64,000 bases of DNA, taken from contig CM119265.1 of NCBI GenBank assembly GCA_051294375.1, forward strand, positions 28,520,443-28,584,442, written 5' to 3'. Under the pieces are notes generated by a model that made no database searches, was not told where the DNA came from, and saw nothing but the letters and a program-made list of their open reading frames with translations. The DNA is from Paraspadella gotoi (lineage: Eukaryota; Animalia; Chaetognatha). Each line of letters begins with the position of its first letter. Positions within the stretch are counted from its first letter, which is position 1. A program made the position numbers and the translations under genes. This document shows positions 33,311-48,520 of the stretch, piece after piece.

Positions 33311-33870
33311 TTTTCTTTCTTTCTCTTTCTTCTTTCTTTCCTTTTCTTTCTTTCTTTCTTTCTTTTCTTCCTCCTTTTCCTTCCTTCCTTTCTTCCTTCC
33401 TTCCTTCCTTCCTTCCTTCTTCCTTCCTTCTTCCTTCTTCCTTTCCTTCCTTTCTTTCTCCTCTTTTGTTATTTCCTTTTTTTAAACCTATATCCTTTAT
33501 TCCCTCTGAAATAGGCAAAAGCAATAGAGAAATTATCCATTTAGTTAATAAAAAGCTTGTCGAAATCCAAAGTACAGTAGCTTTTTTTTTAAATGTTTCC
33601 CCCCAAAAAAATTTTTATTTCCTGAAAAAAAACTTACTTTTTCTGTAAAACCTTTCCCACCTCAAATTTCTTTTTTTCCCCGCCAAACCTGAAGTTGAAA
33701 TTAGTTTGGACATCGTTCATCTGACGCAGTTGAGTCGGATTAGGACAAGTAATCATGGGATTGATATAGGCCCGCGGCGAGCATTGCGAACGCGCGAACA
33801 AAAGGAAAAACGTAAACAAAATAGTAAGAAAAGGTTTGAGCGAAAATCGGGTTAAGAAAACTGACTTCAT
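31448..33870 (-). CDS. Small secreted 4-Cys protein, unknown family, paralog B (149 aa)
   Basis: Exons 33870-33689, 32265-32215, 32120-32051 and 31594-31448 are all GT-AG and in phase (450 nt). It has a signal peptide and aligns along its length with the neighbour at 34512-36709. Confidence 0.85.
32284..32620. repeat. 22-bp intronic minisatellite, ~15 copies
   Basis: gattgtctttaagggcaaagat repeated. Confidence 0.95.
32796..33020. repeat. 25-bp intronic minisatellite, ~8 copies
   Basis: gcatggtaaaatgaaatataagaag repeated. Confidence 0.9.
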
Positions 33871-33913
33871 CTTGGCGGATGGAGAGAGAGGAATTATGTG
33901 AGGGAGAGAGAGA

Positions 33914-33963
<50 letters not shown>

Positions 33964-34448
33964 AAAAAAAATTTAAATGATATTTAATAGGTTAAGGGGA
34001 ACAGATGAGGTTAAGGGTCATTAGAAATGAAACACAAAAACAGAAAAACAGAAAGACAGAGACGAACAACTGTCTTCCAAAAAAAGTTGTTATTATGCAT
34101 CAATCATTTTTGGACGGACGACGACGACGACGACGATGATAATGACGATGAGGATTTTAAAATAATGTTTAATTAACGTTTTAAGAAGCTTCTTTCCTTC
34201 TAAAGAATACTATTGAACCTTTCTCAACATTAAGAAATAAAAGACTGCATTTCTTAAATAATAATTAGTTCAAATTATGCGGCAGAATATAATACAATGA
34301 ACAATAAAGTCAACGTTAATTGGCAGTGATACAGAGGTTGTGAAAGAGCCGGTTGAAATACAATAAATTTACAAATGGCGGTTTGTGTTTACTTTTTTAC
34401 ATTTTTCCTAGTTTCTCTGTTAATCTTTCTTAGACTTGTTATACACTT

Positions 34449-36709
<2,261 letters not shown>

Positions 36710-37209
36710 GAGAGAAAAAAATTGACTCATTTTTTTGTTTGTTTTTTAACTTAAATTGACGAAATTTAAAAATTGTCTACAGTTTTGTTTTAATATTTTT
36801 TTCAAAAATCTGTTTACTTTTGGAGTCATTAAATGGAAAAACCGGGTAAAGAGATCGAGAGACAGAAAGCGAGAGGGAGACTGTGGGATAGTGGGGCAGA
36901 GAGCAAGAGGGAGAGCGAGACAGAGAGACTCTAGGTTTCTCTGAGTTTGTGTGAGTTCGAAATCACTTTTGACACGTGAACGAAAAAAAAAAAAAAAAAC
37001 AGAGAAAAGAGAAAAACTGGAGAAGAGAATAAACAGAAATCAGATGATGTATAAGAAATATTAGTTATTAATAAATATTACTAATATTATTTTATTTAAA
37101 GAGCAGATGAAGGAGGAAGATACGAAATATGTGATTTTTTTACACGAAACAAAGAATTCTTTGTTTACGTAATTATTTTATCAGTATACTAATCATTATT
37201 TATGTTGTA

Positions 37210-37322
<113 letters not shown>

Positions 37323-38365
37323 CGTCTGCCAAAATCGATTTACACTCCAGAGTTCAAAGATGCAGGCGATTCTGAATCTTCGAGATGCCGGCGAACTAAT
37401 TCGCTCACTGATCCGAGTTAGATGAATACTCGGAGTGTCGGAAGAAAATGAATTTAAGACCGGGTGTGATTAAGGCGCGGGGTGTCGTGGAATGGTGTGA
37501 TTCATTTGATGATTTGAGTTGAATAAATAAAGTGGTGAATGTTTAGTTCACATAGTACAATGATTGAAAGTTATGATTAAGTTGTACAGTGATTAATACC
37601 ATGATTTAGGATAGTGTTTTCAAAGTCGGTTGGTTTTAAATGAAAGCAATGTTAAATAATGTTAAATGTTAATGTTAAATAATTACTAATTCTAAAGTTT
37701 AAAATGGTTAAGTGTTGAAATGAATAAGAGATAAAATAAACAAAATGGAACAAACAGACGGAAATAATTTTCACAATTCGGGAAGTTGAGACAAATTCAT
37801 GATCGGAAAGAGAAAGAGAAAAAAGGAAAGTTAATAAAAAAAAAAGGAAAATGAAAACAATAATATGAAGGGAGAAAGAAGTTTGGAAGTCAAATGAGAA
37901 AAAAATAGGAATAGAAAGACGAAGGTCACTTGTCAAATTTTGGTCAAAGAAGGAATCACCACCATAAGGACAAATTAAAAATCACGTCACAAAAAAAAAC
38001 TTTATGAGGACTGAGGACTCAGGACTGAAGCGCATAATTTTAAACTCTGATTTGAAAAGTTGAATAAAATACAAAAATTTTACAATAAACATACAATACA
38101 ATATACGTACAAACTAACAGAATCATGCCTCTCAAAAATTGGAATAATAAAATAATAAAATGATATAAATAAATAAATAAAGGGGCGAAGAGATGTTGTA
38201 ATGAACGAATGAATTGTCAATAAATGATTTATAGTAGCAAGTTAGCAACTCACTGTAAAAGGAGTAACTTTGTTTGTATTTATAGTTTATTCACTGTGTG
38301 TAATAATTACTACGAGTAAGGAGGCTTAGTTTCGGATTTTGTCTTTTGTTCTTTTTTTTTTGCAG

Positions 38366-39159
38366 ATTTTCAGTTCGAATGGAGGATCTCGCGCCATCTC
38401 TACAAGAAGTCTGAACATCGAAGAAGACAAAATCAGTTTGCAACTCAGAATTAAGGTAAACTTCTAAAATAAATATTCATTAATCACTATTCACTATTCA
38501 TAAATAATTTTAAACTTATAAATTACTTCGAAGTAGACGATTCTTTTTTATTTTGTTATAATTAAATTCGGTATTTTTAAATTCATTTTAAAATTTTATC
38601 AATAATTTGATATCGAAATACACGAGTTTCTATTTCTACAATTTCCCTTACCCTAACTTACCTCATCCGCAGTCTCTGGCCAACCTGGCTCGTTTCACTT
38701 GGCTTCGCACGAAAGTAGCTGCTTGTTCCATTTCCGAAGCTTACTTTAAGGGATTTCTCCCTCTGCTCAAATACAAACAGGGTAAGGAAATTATATATAT
38801 ATATATATAAATATATATCGCTGGTTGGTCAGGCCATAAGGCATTAATTTATATTTTGATTTCTCCTCCCCGCTTCCTGCTCCTCTTCTTCCTTCTCTTT
38901 TTCTTCCTCCTCTTCTTCTTCTTCTTCCTTCTCCTTTCTTCCTCTTCCCCTGTTCCTCCACCCCTCTTCTTCTTCTTCCTCTTCTTACTCCTCTTCTTCT
39001 CCTTCCTCCTCCTTTTCTCCTCTTCCCCCCTTCCTCCCCATTAGCACTGGAATTCCGCGGCCTGATGGACAGAGTCTCGGAAAACAACACTCTCGTCTTG
39101 ATGGGGATGAACTATCGAATGGCCAAGCAGAGAAAGGTCTCCAGTGCGGCGGAATGCGC

Positions 39160-39238
<79 letters not shown>

Positions 39239-40336
39239 ATAATAGCTAATCTCCCCTCCCTCTTCAGGTTTCAAAAACAAAAGGTCATCACGAGTTTGAA
39301 CTTTCTCTCGTTCTTCCGGTCGCCAAATCTGCTCGCAATGGATTCGGTTGGCCGAGAAGTTCAGAAGTCGAGATCGGCTCTGTCGACGACTTACCTTTTC
39401 AGACTGTCTTCGTCAGGGTAAGTCAATATTTAAGAGAGGCAAACCATTTGGTCTATCAGATCCATCTACTGGTCCATTTCCTGCGATGATAGATATACTT
39501 TTCCAAATGTTGTACGTTTGGTTTGGAAAAAATTATTTTAAAAATTAATACTTATGAACAAGGCAAAACTTGTACCGTTTTTTGTTTGACTTTTATATAG
39601 AATATTATTGAGATTGAGATAAAGACGAAGTCTTTTACGACAACGATAACATTTTATATTATTAAAATCTTTTCTTTCATGACACATTTTCTCAGAGCTT
39701 TCACCAATGGCCCAAGGAGAAGTACGTGAGTCATTACGTTCACGCTCTCACTCAAACTCTCTACCGCGAGGAAAAATGTTTTCAGAGGGAGAAAGTCTAC
39801 GTCACTTGTGAGTCGTTATTAAAATATATATATTAATATAAATATATATTAAAATGTATATTCATTTTGGGAGAGCGGATTTGGGCTCTTTCCCGAGAGT
39901 TCTCCATTCCTGTTCGTTTATCTTCCAATTTAATTTTAAATTTATTATTTAACCTAAATATGCTATTATATTTATAAACCTAACTCTTACCTCAAACATT
40001 ATTTTTAATATAAAAAATTAACCTAATTCCGATTTTAAAATAAAATGGGGCGTTCTGGGAAAATAATGCCAAAATTGGGGCGTTCTGGGAAAATAAGTCA
40101 AAACTAAAATGAGGCGTTCTGGGAAAAAAAAACCAAATTAAAATGGGTCGTTCTGAGAAAGTTTATAATTTTGAATAGATTAGATTTTAATATCGTTCAA
40201 TTTATTTTCAGACACCGGCGCCCATCTTCCCTGGAAGAAAGACAATCTCCAACAAAAACACGAAATTTGGATTCCCGGTTGTCAGTCCCGTCCGTTGCTT
40301 AGCAACCGAGTCGAGGTCGCAGCGTCCGTCGCTTAG
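38366..40336 (+). CDS. SOUL/heme-binding family protein (start codon not located)
   Basis: Exons 38366-38455, 38673-38781, 39045-39160, 39268-39417, 39696-39807 and 40212-40336 are all GT-AG and in phase. Motifs: TWLRTKV..SISEAYFKGFLPLLKYKQ, DLPFQTVFVRSF, PWKKDNLQQKHEIWIP. Confidence 0.8.
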
Positions 40337-40560
40337 CAACGATGCCCGCCGAAAACTGAAAATTCCCTGGATTTTATGGACCTTTGTTTTGTTTTGTTTT
40401 TTGTTGTTTTTTTTTTTTTTTAAAGGAAACGGCTTTTCTATGTTTTATTGATTATCGTTTTTAATATTTGTACATAAACACGATAATTAAAAAGAGCAAA
40501 TTCAAAAAATGGGTCTTTTTTGTTATTGAATTTGACTGATTTGATTTTATTTTATTTGAT

Positions 40561-40605
40561 GACTCTCTCCTGGAGTCGTGGGTTTGAGCCCCACTTTGGG
40601 AGCCA
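40561..40605 (+). mobile_element. 3' half of a tRNA-like sequence (SINE or pseudogene fragment)
   Basis: T-arm GTGGG-TTTGAGC-CCCAC followed by ..GGGAGCCA; no D-arm upstream. Confidence 0.35.
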
Positions 40606-41494
40606 CTCTGAAAAGGTATCCTAACCAGAAGTAAAGTCACGAGAATGCGGGAAAATAATATATTGATGCCAGGAAAATCTATACGGCGACAAAATCGTGA
40701 GGGTAAAAAAAGGGGGAGAAACTAGTAGAGAAGAGAGAGAAGCTGAACTGAATCTCGTGAACACGGCCCCGAATCCCTGGGAGGAGGATGAAGAGGAGGT
40801 TAATGAGAAGGAGGGGGTAATAGACCCGCATCGGTCTATCTCCTTTTATACAGGATGAAATTGTTACAACCAAAAGTATCCATTCATTTGTTAAATAAGA
40901 TTTCTTGCCCCAGACTTTGGACAGGCTTTGGTGGTTTAAGGCCTCCATCACTCTTACAAGATAATGACATAGCAGGTCCCTGCAAGCTTTCAATCAAGAC
41001 TCTCACAGTCTCGTTTATTCACTCCCAGAGTACCTGGCTTCCCTGATTAAACTGAGGGGAAAAACACTTCTTACGTTTTCAGATAATTCTCACTTCAACT
41101 TTTTGAGTGAAAAAATATTTCTCAGGATTTTAGACATTTAAGAAAATAATAGGCTCTCTATTCCAAAAGCGCCAAAGTTCTATTTTTTAATCAAGGAACC
41201 GAATTTTAAATTTAATATTTATCCCTAAACTGTGAACAAGACTTTAACCATCTTTAATATCTTGAACTTATATAATCCCAAAACATTTGCCTCTAGCATT
41301 ATCTCCCGCTTTCTTCTTTACTTCTTTATCTCTACCTCTCTACTTCTCTATCTCTACCTCTCGACTTGTCTATTTACCCTCCTAACTTTTTACATCTCTG
41401 ATTTTCTTCCAACAAATTCAAATCTTCATTTCACGAATTTCCTTCACCAACTGAAACTCGTAAAGCGGATCTTTCACGCGTCTTCAATTTACAA

Positions 41495-41523
41495 CTCGAC
41501 TCTCTCTCTCTCTCTCCCATCCC

Positions 41524-41573
<50 letters not shown>

Positions 41574-41705
41574 TTCTCTTCTCCCTCTTTCTATCTCTTC
41601 TCTTTCCTCTTCTCACTCTCTCTCTCTCTCTATCTCTCTCCCTCTTCTATCTCTCACTCTTTCCCTCTCTCTTTCTCTCTCTCTCCCTCTTTCTATCTCT
41701 CTCTC

Positions 41706-41743
<38 letters not shown>

Positions 41744-42019
41744 CTCTCTTTTCTCTCCCTTTCTCTCTCCCTCCCTTTCTTTCTCTTTCTCTCTTTTCTC
41801 TCTTTTCTCTCTTTCTCTCTCTCTCTATTCTACTTCTCTCACTCTCTCTCTCCCTTCTCTCTCTCTCTCTCTCTCTCTCCCTTCCTCTCTTTCTCTCTCC
41901 TTCTCTCTCTCTCTCTCTTCCCTTCCTCTCTTCTCTCTCTCTTCTTCTCTCTCTCTCTCTCTCTCTCTCTCCTTCTCTCTCTTTCTCTCCTCTCTTTCTC
42001 TCTTTCTCTCTCTCCCTTC

Positions 42020-42050
<31 letters not shown>

Positions 42051-42135
42051 CCCTTCTCTTTTCTCTCTCTCTTTCTCTTCTCTCTCTCTCTCTATCTCTC
42101 TCTCTCTCTCCCTTCCTCTCTCTCCTCTCTCTCTT

Positions 42136-42182
<47 letters not shown>

Positions 42183-42282
42183 TCTCTCTTCTCTCTCTCT
42201 CTCTCTCTCTCTCCTCTCCTCTCTCTCTCTCTCTTCATCTCTCTCTCGTCTCTGTATCTCTCTCTCTCTCTCTTCTCTCCCC
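41495..42282. repeat. Long imperfect (CT)n tract
   Basis: About 790 nt of almost pure pyrimidine; this is the source of the spurious 362-aa and 223-aa ORFs. Confidence 0.95.
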
Positions 42283-42751
42283 ATGTTTCTTGTGATGCCC
42301 CGAATTCCCCATCTTTTTAATCACCTACGAAATCTTTTTTTTTCTCAAAAATCGAAATCTCAAATTTGCAGAAAAACATCGAATCAAACTACTTTTTTTT
42401 GTATCAACAACTACAACAAAAACAACAACAACAACAAGAACATAAATTGAATTAACCATCACAAATTTTCAAATAAATAAATGTAAGAAGAATTTTAAAA
42501 AAGTAGGTATTAGCTGAAATATTTTCAACAATAGTTTTAAATACTAATTTCATAGAATTTAATTGTTCCCTAGGGCCCTGTCAATTATTATTTTTTTTTA
42601 ATAATTTTTTTTATTAAAAGACATTTACGGTTACAGTGACTCAATAAATTAATTAAAGACATTCACCACTGAATATGTCGTAAAATAATACAAACAACGC
42701 AAATGAATTATAAGGACAATAACCATGACTGCACGTGACGTAAATATGACA

Positions 42752-43392
42752 TAATCATTAGAGTGGAGCACTGGGGAACATAAATTTTATTTGAGTGATC
42801 AAACAAGGATATTTAGACGTGAGATAGTATGATTAAGGAGTACAATAAATATTTTGCTTATATTGTTTGAGGAACAGTATCATTAATTACAATATATTTA
42901 TAGTAATATTTTTATAAAATCATAAATTTTCAAAATAATTTTTTAAAAATTTTTATTAAAGATTCTGATTCTTTATAAAAAGTTAGATCAAAAATATAAA
43001 ATATGTTATTAAAAATGTTAATGTCTTCAGCATCAAAAATGGAAAAAAAAATCAAATTCTCCACTTTTTTATACTTTGTAATAGAAACTATTATATGATG
43101 AAACGATTTGGTCATTTTTTGCAGCTTTAACCTAAAAATATCACATAACATATTTTACAAAAGTTTTTCAGTTTTTTCCGGCGAATCCAAAACTGTTCTT
43201 GAAATTAAAAAAATATGATTTTGAAATTTTATGATTTTATAAGGATATTACTATAAAAAAAATTCAATTAATGATACTGTTATGCAATTTTTTTTTGAAA
43301 AAGGGCTTAATTATTTTTTATTACATATACAAAGGCAGCAAAAAAACATTGTTCCATCGCTCAATCTTTTCATCACTCCACCCTAATAATCA
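42752..43392. mobile_element. AT-rich MITE with terminal and subterminal inverted repeats
   Basis: atcattagagtggag / ctccaccctaataat ends; 42872-42950 is an imperfect reverse complement of 43202-43281. Confidence 0.5.
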
Positions 43393-44069
43393 TGACCATG
43401 ACGCAAAATTGGGTAAATCTTTAAATTTTAACAATAAATAATAATAATAATGAATAATATTTTTTTTCTGCTATATAAAAAAAATGAGCGACGACGAACA
43501 TAGCAAGTCTGTCATTTTTCGCTGTCATTTTTTTATTTTATAATAATACCAAAAACAGTATTGATAAAATTAGAAACCGTAACAGTGTAAAAGACTAGAA
43601 AAAGGTAAAAAAGTAATAAAAACAAAAACAAAATATACCATTAATGGAACCATTAATAAAATGTTATGAACGAATTCATAAAAAACTATGAAATATAACA
43701 TTATAAAACATTATAAACCATTTTTGATTTTTTTAAGACAAAAAACAGCGTAAAAAGACTGAAACACGGTAGACAAATAAAAACTACACTAATAACAAAA
43801 AATATAGTAAAAAACACTAAAATCCAAACTTATAACATTACTAAAATGTTAAAAACTACGTCATAAAAAACTGTAAAAACAAAAGTCAGTAAAAAATTCA
43901 AAAGAAATGTTTAAAAACGTCAAAGTATTAAAAAAGTTAATAAAATGTTGAACTTTAATATGTGAAACAAAACAAATAACCTTTCTATAACTTATAGCAT
44001 AAGCCATAAGGTAAAAAATATATTGATTAGGGTGCTTAAAAAATGAAAAAAAAACTTAGTCGATCGATC

Positions 44070-44575
44070 TGTGGTGGACTGAAATCCACCAACCGTTCAT
44101 CAGCGGCCATTGGTGCCGGAGGCAAGTCATTATCAATAATTGCTGTCTCTTCATTGGTGAGCCCGACTTCCGAACACAACAGCAACAGCAACACTTTCAG
44201 GCGACATGCCTCAACCTGGCGATGCACTTTCCGACCACAACACATCAGGCAACATGCCTCAACTTGGTGACGAGCTTTCCACCAACAACAACAATTCACT
44301 GAAGAGACGCAACAGACTTCTCCCTACGAGAGGGGGGGATGTATGGTGGACTGAAATCCACCAACCATTCATTAGCGGCCATTGGTGCCAGAGGAAAGTC
44401 ATTCGCCTCCCAACCCAAAGGTCCGGGGTTCTATCCCGGTGGTCGTCTGGCAGTTAAGAGGGACGGGGCGCTTAACCCGCCTGCAACATGGTGTTACAGC
44501 CTGATCCGAAGCTCAGGGACTGCTTACATTGAACGGTTCTGTCATTAACACTTATCAATAATTGCTGTCTCTTCA
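44070..44575 (+). mobile_element. TRIM-like miniature LTR retroelement
   Basis: 5' LTR 44070-44153 (TG..CA, internally deleted), PBS-like TGGTGAGCCCG at 44155, polypurine tract GAGAGGGGGGGA at 44328-44339, 3' LTR 44340-44575 (TG..CA), flanks GATC / GTTC. Confidence 0.8.
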
Positions 44576-44739
44576 GTTCATTTTTTTTTAACAAGATAAA
44601 AAAAACAGACTTAAAATTTTTTCCTTAAAATTAACGAATAATTATATTTTATTATTAAATTTTATATTTCATAAGGCATCATTAATTTCTCCGACGATCA
44701 TCTTCAAAGATCTCCTCCTCCTCCTCCTCCTCCTCCATC

Positions 44740-45545
44740 ATGTCGTCCCCTTCGTCCGTCCGTCCGTCCGTCCATCCGTCCATCGTCGAATTCCCTCTTC
44801 GCCGCAAGTTGGTGCTGACCTGTTGCTTCTTGGCGATGCTGTTAGGAGTTGCTGCAATCCTGCTGCACGAGATCGAGAGACTTCCAGAGTTGCAGCAAGG
44901 TGAGTTAGATTTCTCTGGTTGAGTTGAACGCAGGATCAACAACTTTGTTGAGAATAAATAAGGTTGACTGTTAATTGCAGCAATGGGTCATTTTTAGGTC
45001 ACACTGATGAAATGTCTGAAAATTCATTATGACCGGAATACCATACAATGAATTAAATTAAATTAAATTAAATTAAATTAAATACGAATAATGAACTATT
45101 TCGGTCAAATAACGAATAACAATGATTTAACGTGAAAGAACAAATTTTAACTAAGAGTAATTGTTATGTTCTTACTAACTACAACTATAGTCGGACTACA
45201 CTACTTAAGAACGAATTACTACTTATGAGTTATGACATACTAAACGCTTTGTTTTATATTGTAAAAAATGTAAAATTCTGGCACGCCTTATCCCTCCCCC
45301 CCCAGATATCAACCCCCGCCATCCACGCGACACTTTTTTTACCATCGCCTCGGCTTCGGATATTCTCTCTTCTCTTTTCCTCTTTTGCTGGACTTGGATC
45401 GTCTCTCCCTTTCGCAGTAAGCGGCTTTTCCAGCTGCTCCCGCTGTTCCTGACGCCGGGAGCTGCTTGCTTGGTCGCGGTGCTTGGCTGGGAGGCGCTTG
45501 GGAGCGGCCGGCCGGAGGCGGTGGGGATGAGAGGTGAGGGAGGGA

Positions 45546-45637
<92 letters not shown>

Positions 45638-46028
45638 ATCGATCGATCATGCAAAGTTATCGTGAACTCGATTGAGTATTGAGTATATTTGAAAAGTCCT
45701 TCGGATTTTTATTATTTCTCTGAAAAATGATTGATTACCTTTACTTAAATAAGTACAATTTTAAACAATATCCGTCTTCTCTTATTTCCTATTACTCCCT
45801 CTCCTATTCCCAGGTTCACCTTACTCCCGCGGTCCTTTTCAAATTGCGGCGCTGATCTGTTTGGGTCTGCAATGCGGTGCCAATCTAGTCGCACTCTTCT
45901 CAGTCTTTGTCTACACAATTGATTGTCGTTATTGCTCCTATTACGATCACTCCACTTACAGATTCGGCAACGCCAGGGTCAAAGTTAGACGGGTCTCGGC
46001 TGGAGCAGGGAAGATGACTGAGATGTAG
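44740..46028 (+). CDS. Four-transmembrane protein (200 aa), tetraspan/claudin-like topology, family uncertain
   Basis: Exons 44740-44899, 45306-45533 and 45814-46028 with two phase-1 GT-AG introns (603 nt). Four hydrophobic segments. Confidence 0.75.
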
Positions 46029-46262
46029 AAGAGAAAGGTCTCAGCTGGAGCTGGGAAGATGACCGAGATGTAGAAGAGAAAGGTTACGGCTGGAGCTGAG
46101 AAGATGACCGTGATGTAGAAGAGAAAGGGCTCGGCTGGATCTGGGAAGATGACCAAGATGTAGAAGAGAAAGGTTACGGCTGGAGCTGAGAAGATGACTG
46201 AGATGTAGAAGAGAAAGGGCTCGGCTGGAGCTGAGAAGATGACCGAGATATAGGAGAGAAAA
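45992..46262. repeat. 45-bp minisatellite, 6 copies, containing the stop codon
   Basis: ggtctcggctggagcagggaagatgactgagatgtagaagagaaa-like units. Confidence 0.9.
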
Positions 46263-47651
46263 AGGGAGACTGCAAATGTTGAGAAGTTGATGATGTTGGG
46301 ATGAAGAACAAGAGACGAAGAACTTATGAGATTTAACTAGTTTTATTGAGAACGAAAAAAAAAATACTTTCTTTTTCAAAATGTTTTTCTTTAATGTTCG
46401 CTAAGAAGATGTTAAATTCTTCTTGCTACCTTCTATATTTTGTCTTTAGTAAGAATTAAACTTAAATTCGGAGAAAAGTTTCAGATTCTTCAAAAAAAGT
46501 TGACAGAAGAAAATATCAATATTTTTTAAAGATTATGTACATTATTAATAGCCATAGCCGATGAAATTTAAATGTTAATGTATACAGCGTTAAAATAATC
46601 AATCATGAGCATAGATTATAGTATTAAAATATTTTTTGTCAATTTTTTTCAGAGGGTACTAGCCTAATTGAAATTATTATATTACTATATAAATAAATCT
46701 TAAAATTTTTAATGGATTCTGATAGAGCATAAAAGTTAAACAAGAAATATAATTACAGCTTTTAAAAATTTTTATGTTTTCTAAGTGAAAATATGAAAAA
46801 ACTAAAAAAATAATTGAAATATGAGAATAATGATGATTTTTTACTTTTTTTATTTTTGACCTACTTATGATAAAAATATTTAAAAAATAATTATACTTTG
46901 TTTAGACAACTTTTTATGATCTTTCCGAATCTCGTCTTAAAATCAAAAATTTCTCCAAACAATTTTTGTTCTTTCCTATCTATAAATAAATATTTAAAAA
47001 ATAATTACTAGGGTATAGAGCCATATAAAAAAAATTTTGTCCATTGAAAGTATACTTAAAAATGTATAAATTTACGTTTGAGCTTGTGCGGCTACCCCTA
47101 TTTTTATGCCCAATAATGTATGAAAAAAAAAAAATAATTTACCAAATTATTTTTATTAGTTTTTATTTATATTTATTAGCTAAATTTTAATTTTATGAAA
47201 TTTTATTATTTTCATATCACTCTAATGTATAGCAGTAGCAGTAGCAGTAGGTAGCATTGAATCAACGAGCTATGACTTTTAGACGCAACCATTGCCTTCA
47301 TATTTATAATAATAATAGTAATAATAATAATAATAATAATTTTATTTATAATTTTAATGGTTTTGTTTCAGGTAGCAGCCGTCACGCATTGAATCAATTA
47401 GAAGTGACCTTTAGATGCAATCATTGCTTTTATATATATAATAATAATAATTATATTTATAATCATAAAGAGCATGGTTTTGATTCAGGTAGAAGCCGTC
47501 AAGTTTTGGATAAATTAGCTGTGACCTATAGATGCAATCATTTCTTTTATTATTATAATATTGTATTAATTATATAAATTCGTTGCGTTTAATGATATTA
47601 TAATGAACATGTTTCAGGAAGCAGCCGTCGAGCTTTGGATTAATTAGTTGC

Positions 47652-48520
47652 AAGTATAACGTCAGAATAAAAGCCTTACCCTTGGCGGATGGCGAGGAGC
47701 GACGTCAGGGGGTCATAGCCAGGGATGGTCTCTGGGGGCACACAAAAACTTTATACCTAGGTATGCCCCTAGGGGGATAGTTTTTTTAACATTAAGGGAA
47801 AGCCCTATGGCTTCCTGAGGTATGAGAAAATATTTACCCCCTGGGGTAATTTTAATACTATAACAAAAAAGCAAGGCTTTTTTAACAGATTTTTGATTGA
47901 ATTTTTTACTCTCTCTCTGTCTCTCTCTCTCTCTCTCACTCTGTCTCTCTCTTTCTCTATTTCTCTCTCTCTCTATCTCTTTCTTTCTTTATCGCTTTTT
48001 TTTATTTGTTTATTTTTGTATTAGTATGAATAATTTAGTATAAAATAGGATTAAAAATATATTTTATTATTATATTTTTAATTGATAACTACTGCTAAAT
48101 AATAATCAGTCCCAGGCTAGTCCTAAAAAAGCTTGCAAGGTTCATATAAAATATTTTAATTTCAAATATATATTTAATAAAAAAAAAAAGAAAAAAAAGG
48201 CTAGTAAAAAAAGCAGAGAACAAAAGAGAGTAAAGGGGAAATAAAAAAAAATTTGGTAAAAAATAAATTTAAAAATCTGTTTAAAATTATCTTACCTACT
48301 CTCTCTCATCCTAGCGAGAACTTTTTTTTTACCCCCTGGGGTTATCATTAGGGGTACGTTTTATTATTCTTAAACAGGATTAGCTTTGAAGTACACCTTG
48401 GGGTAGCCCTTAGGGTTATCTCTAAGTATATTGCTATTAATAGTACCCTTAACTGATTTTAAAAGTATTCCCCCAAGAGGCGGCCCCAAAGGGGAAGCCT
48501 TTTTGAGCGACGGTATATCT
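47652..48520. mobile_element. Degenerate non-autonomous DNA transposon inserted in a ~120-bp tandem repeat
   Basis: Imperfect inverted ends: aagtataacgtcagaataaaagccttacccttgg versus the reverse complement of the right end, aagatataccgtcgctcaaaaaggcttcccctttgg. It splits the fourth unit of the repeat seen at 47250-47640, which resumes at 48521. Confidence 0.45.

Noticed and set aside
37340-37470. First exon of the 38.4-kb SOUL gene
   Set aside because: The ATG frame has only a weak donor (GTTAGA) and no signal or family motif, so it cannot be supported.
41232-42320. 362-aa and 223-aa ORFs
   Set aside because: Translations of a (CT)n tract. The same applies to the many SL-, ER- and KEKKR-rich ORFs in the track.
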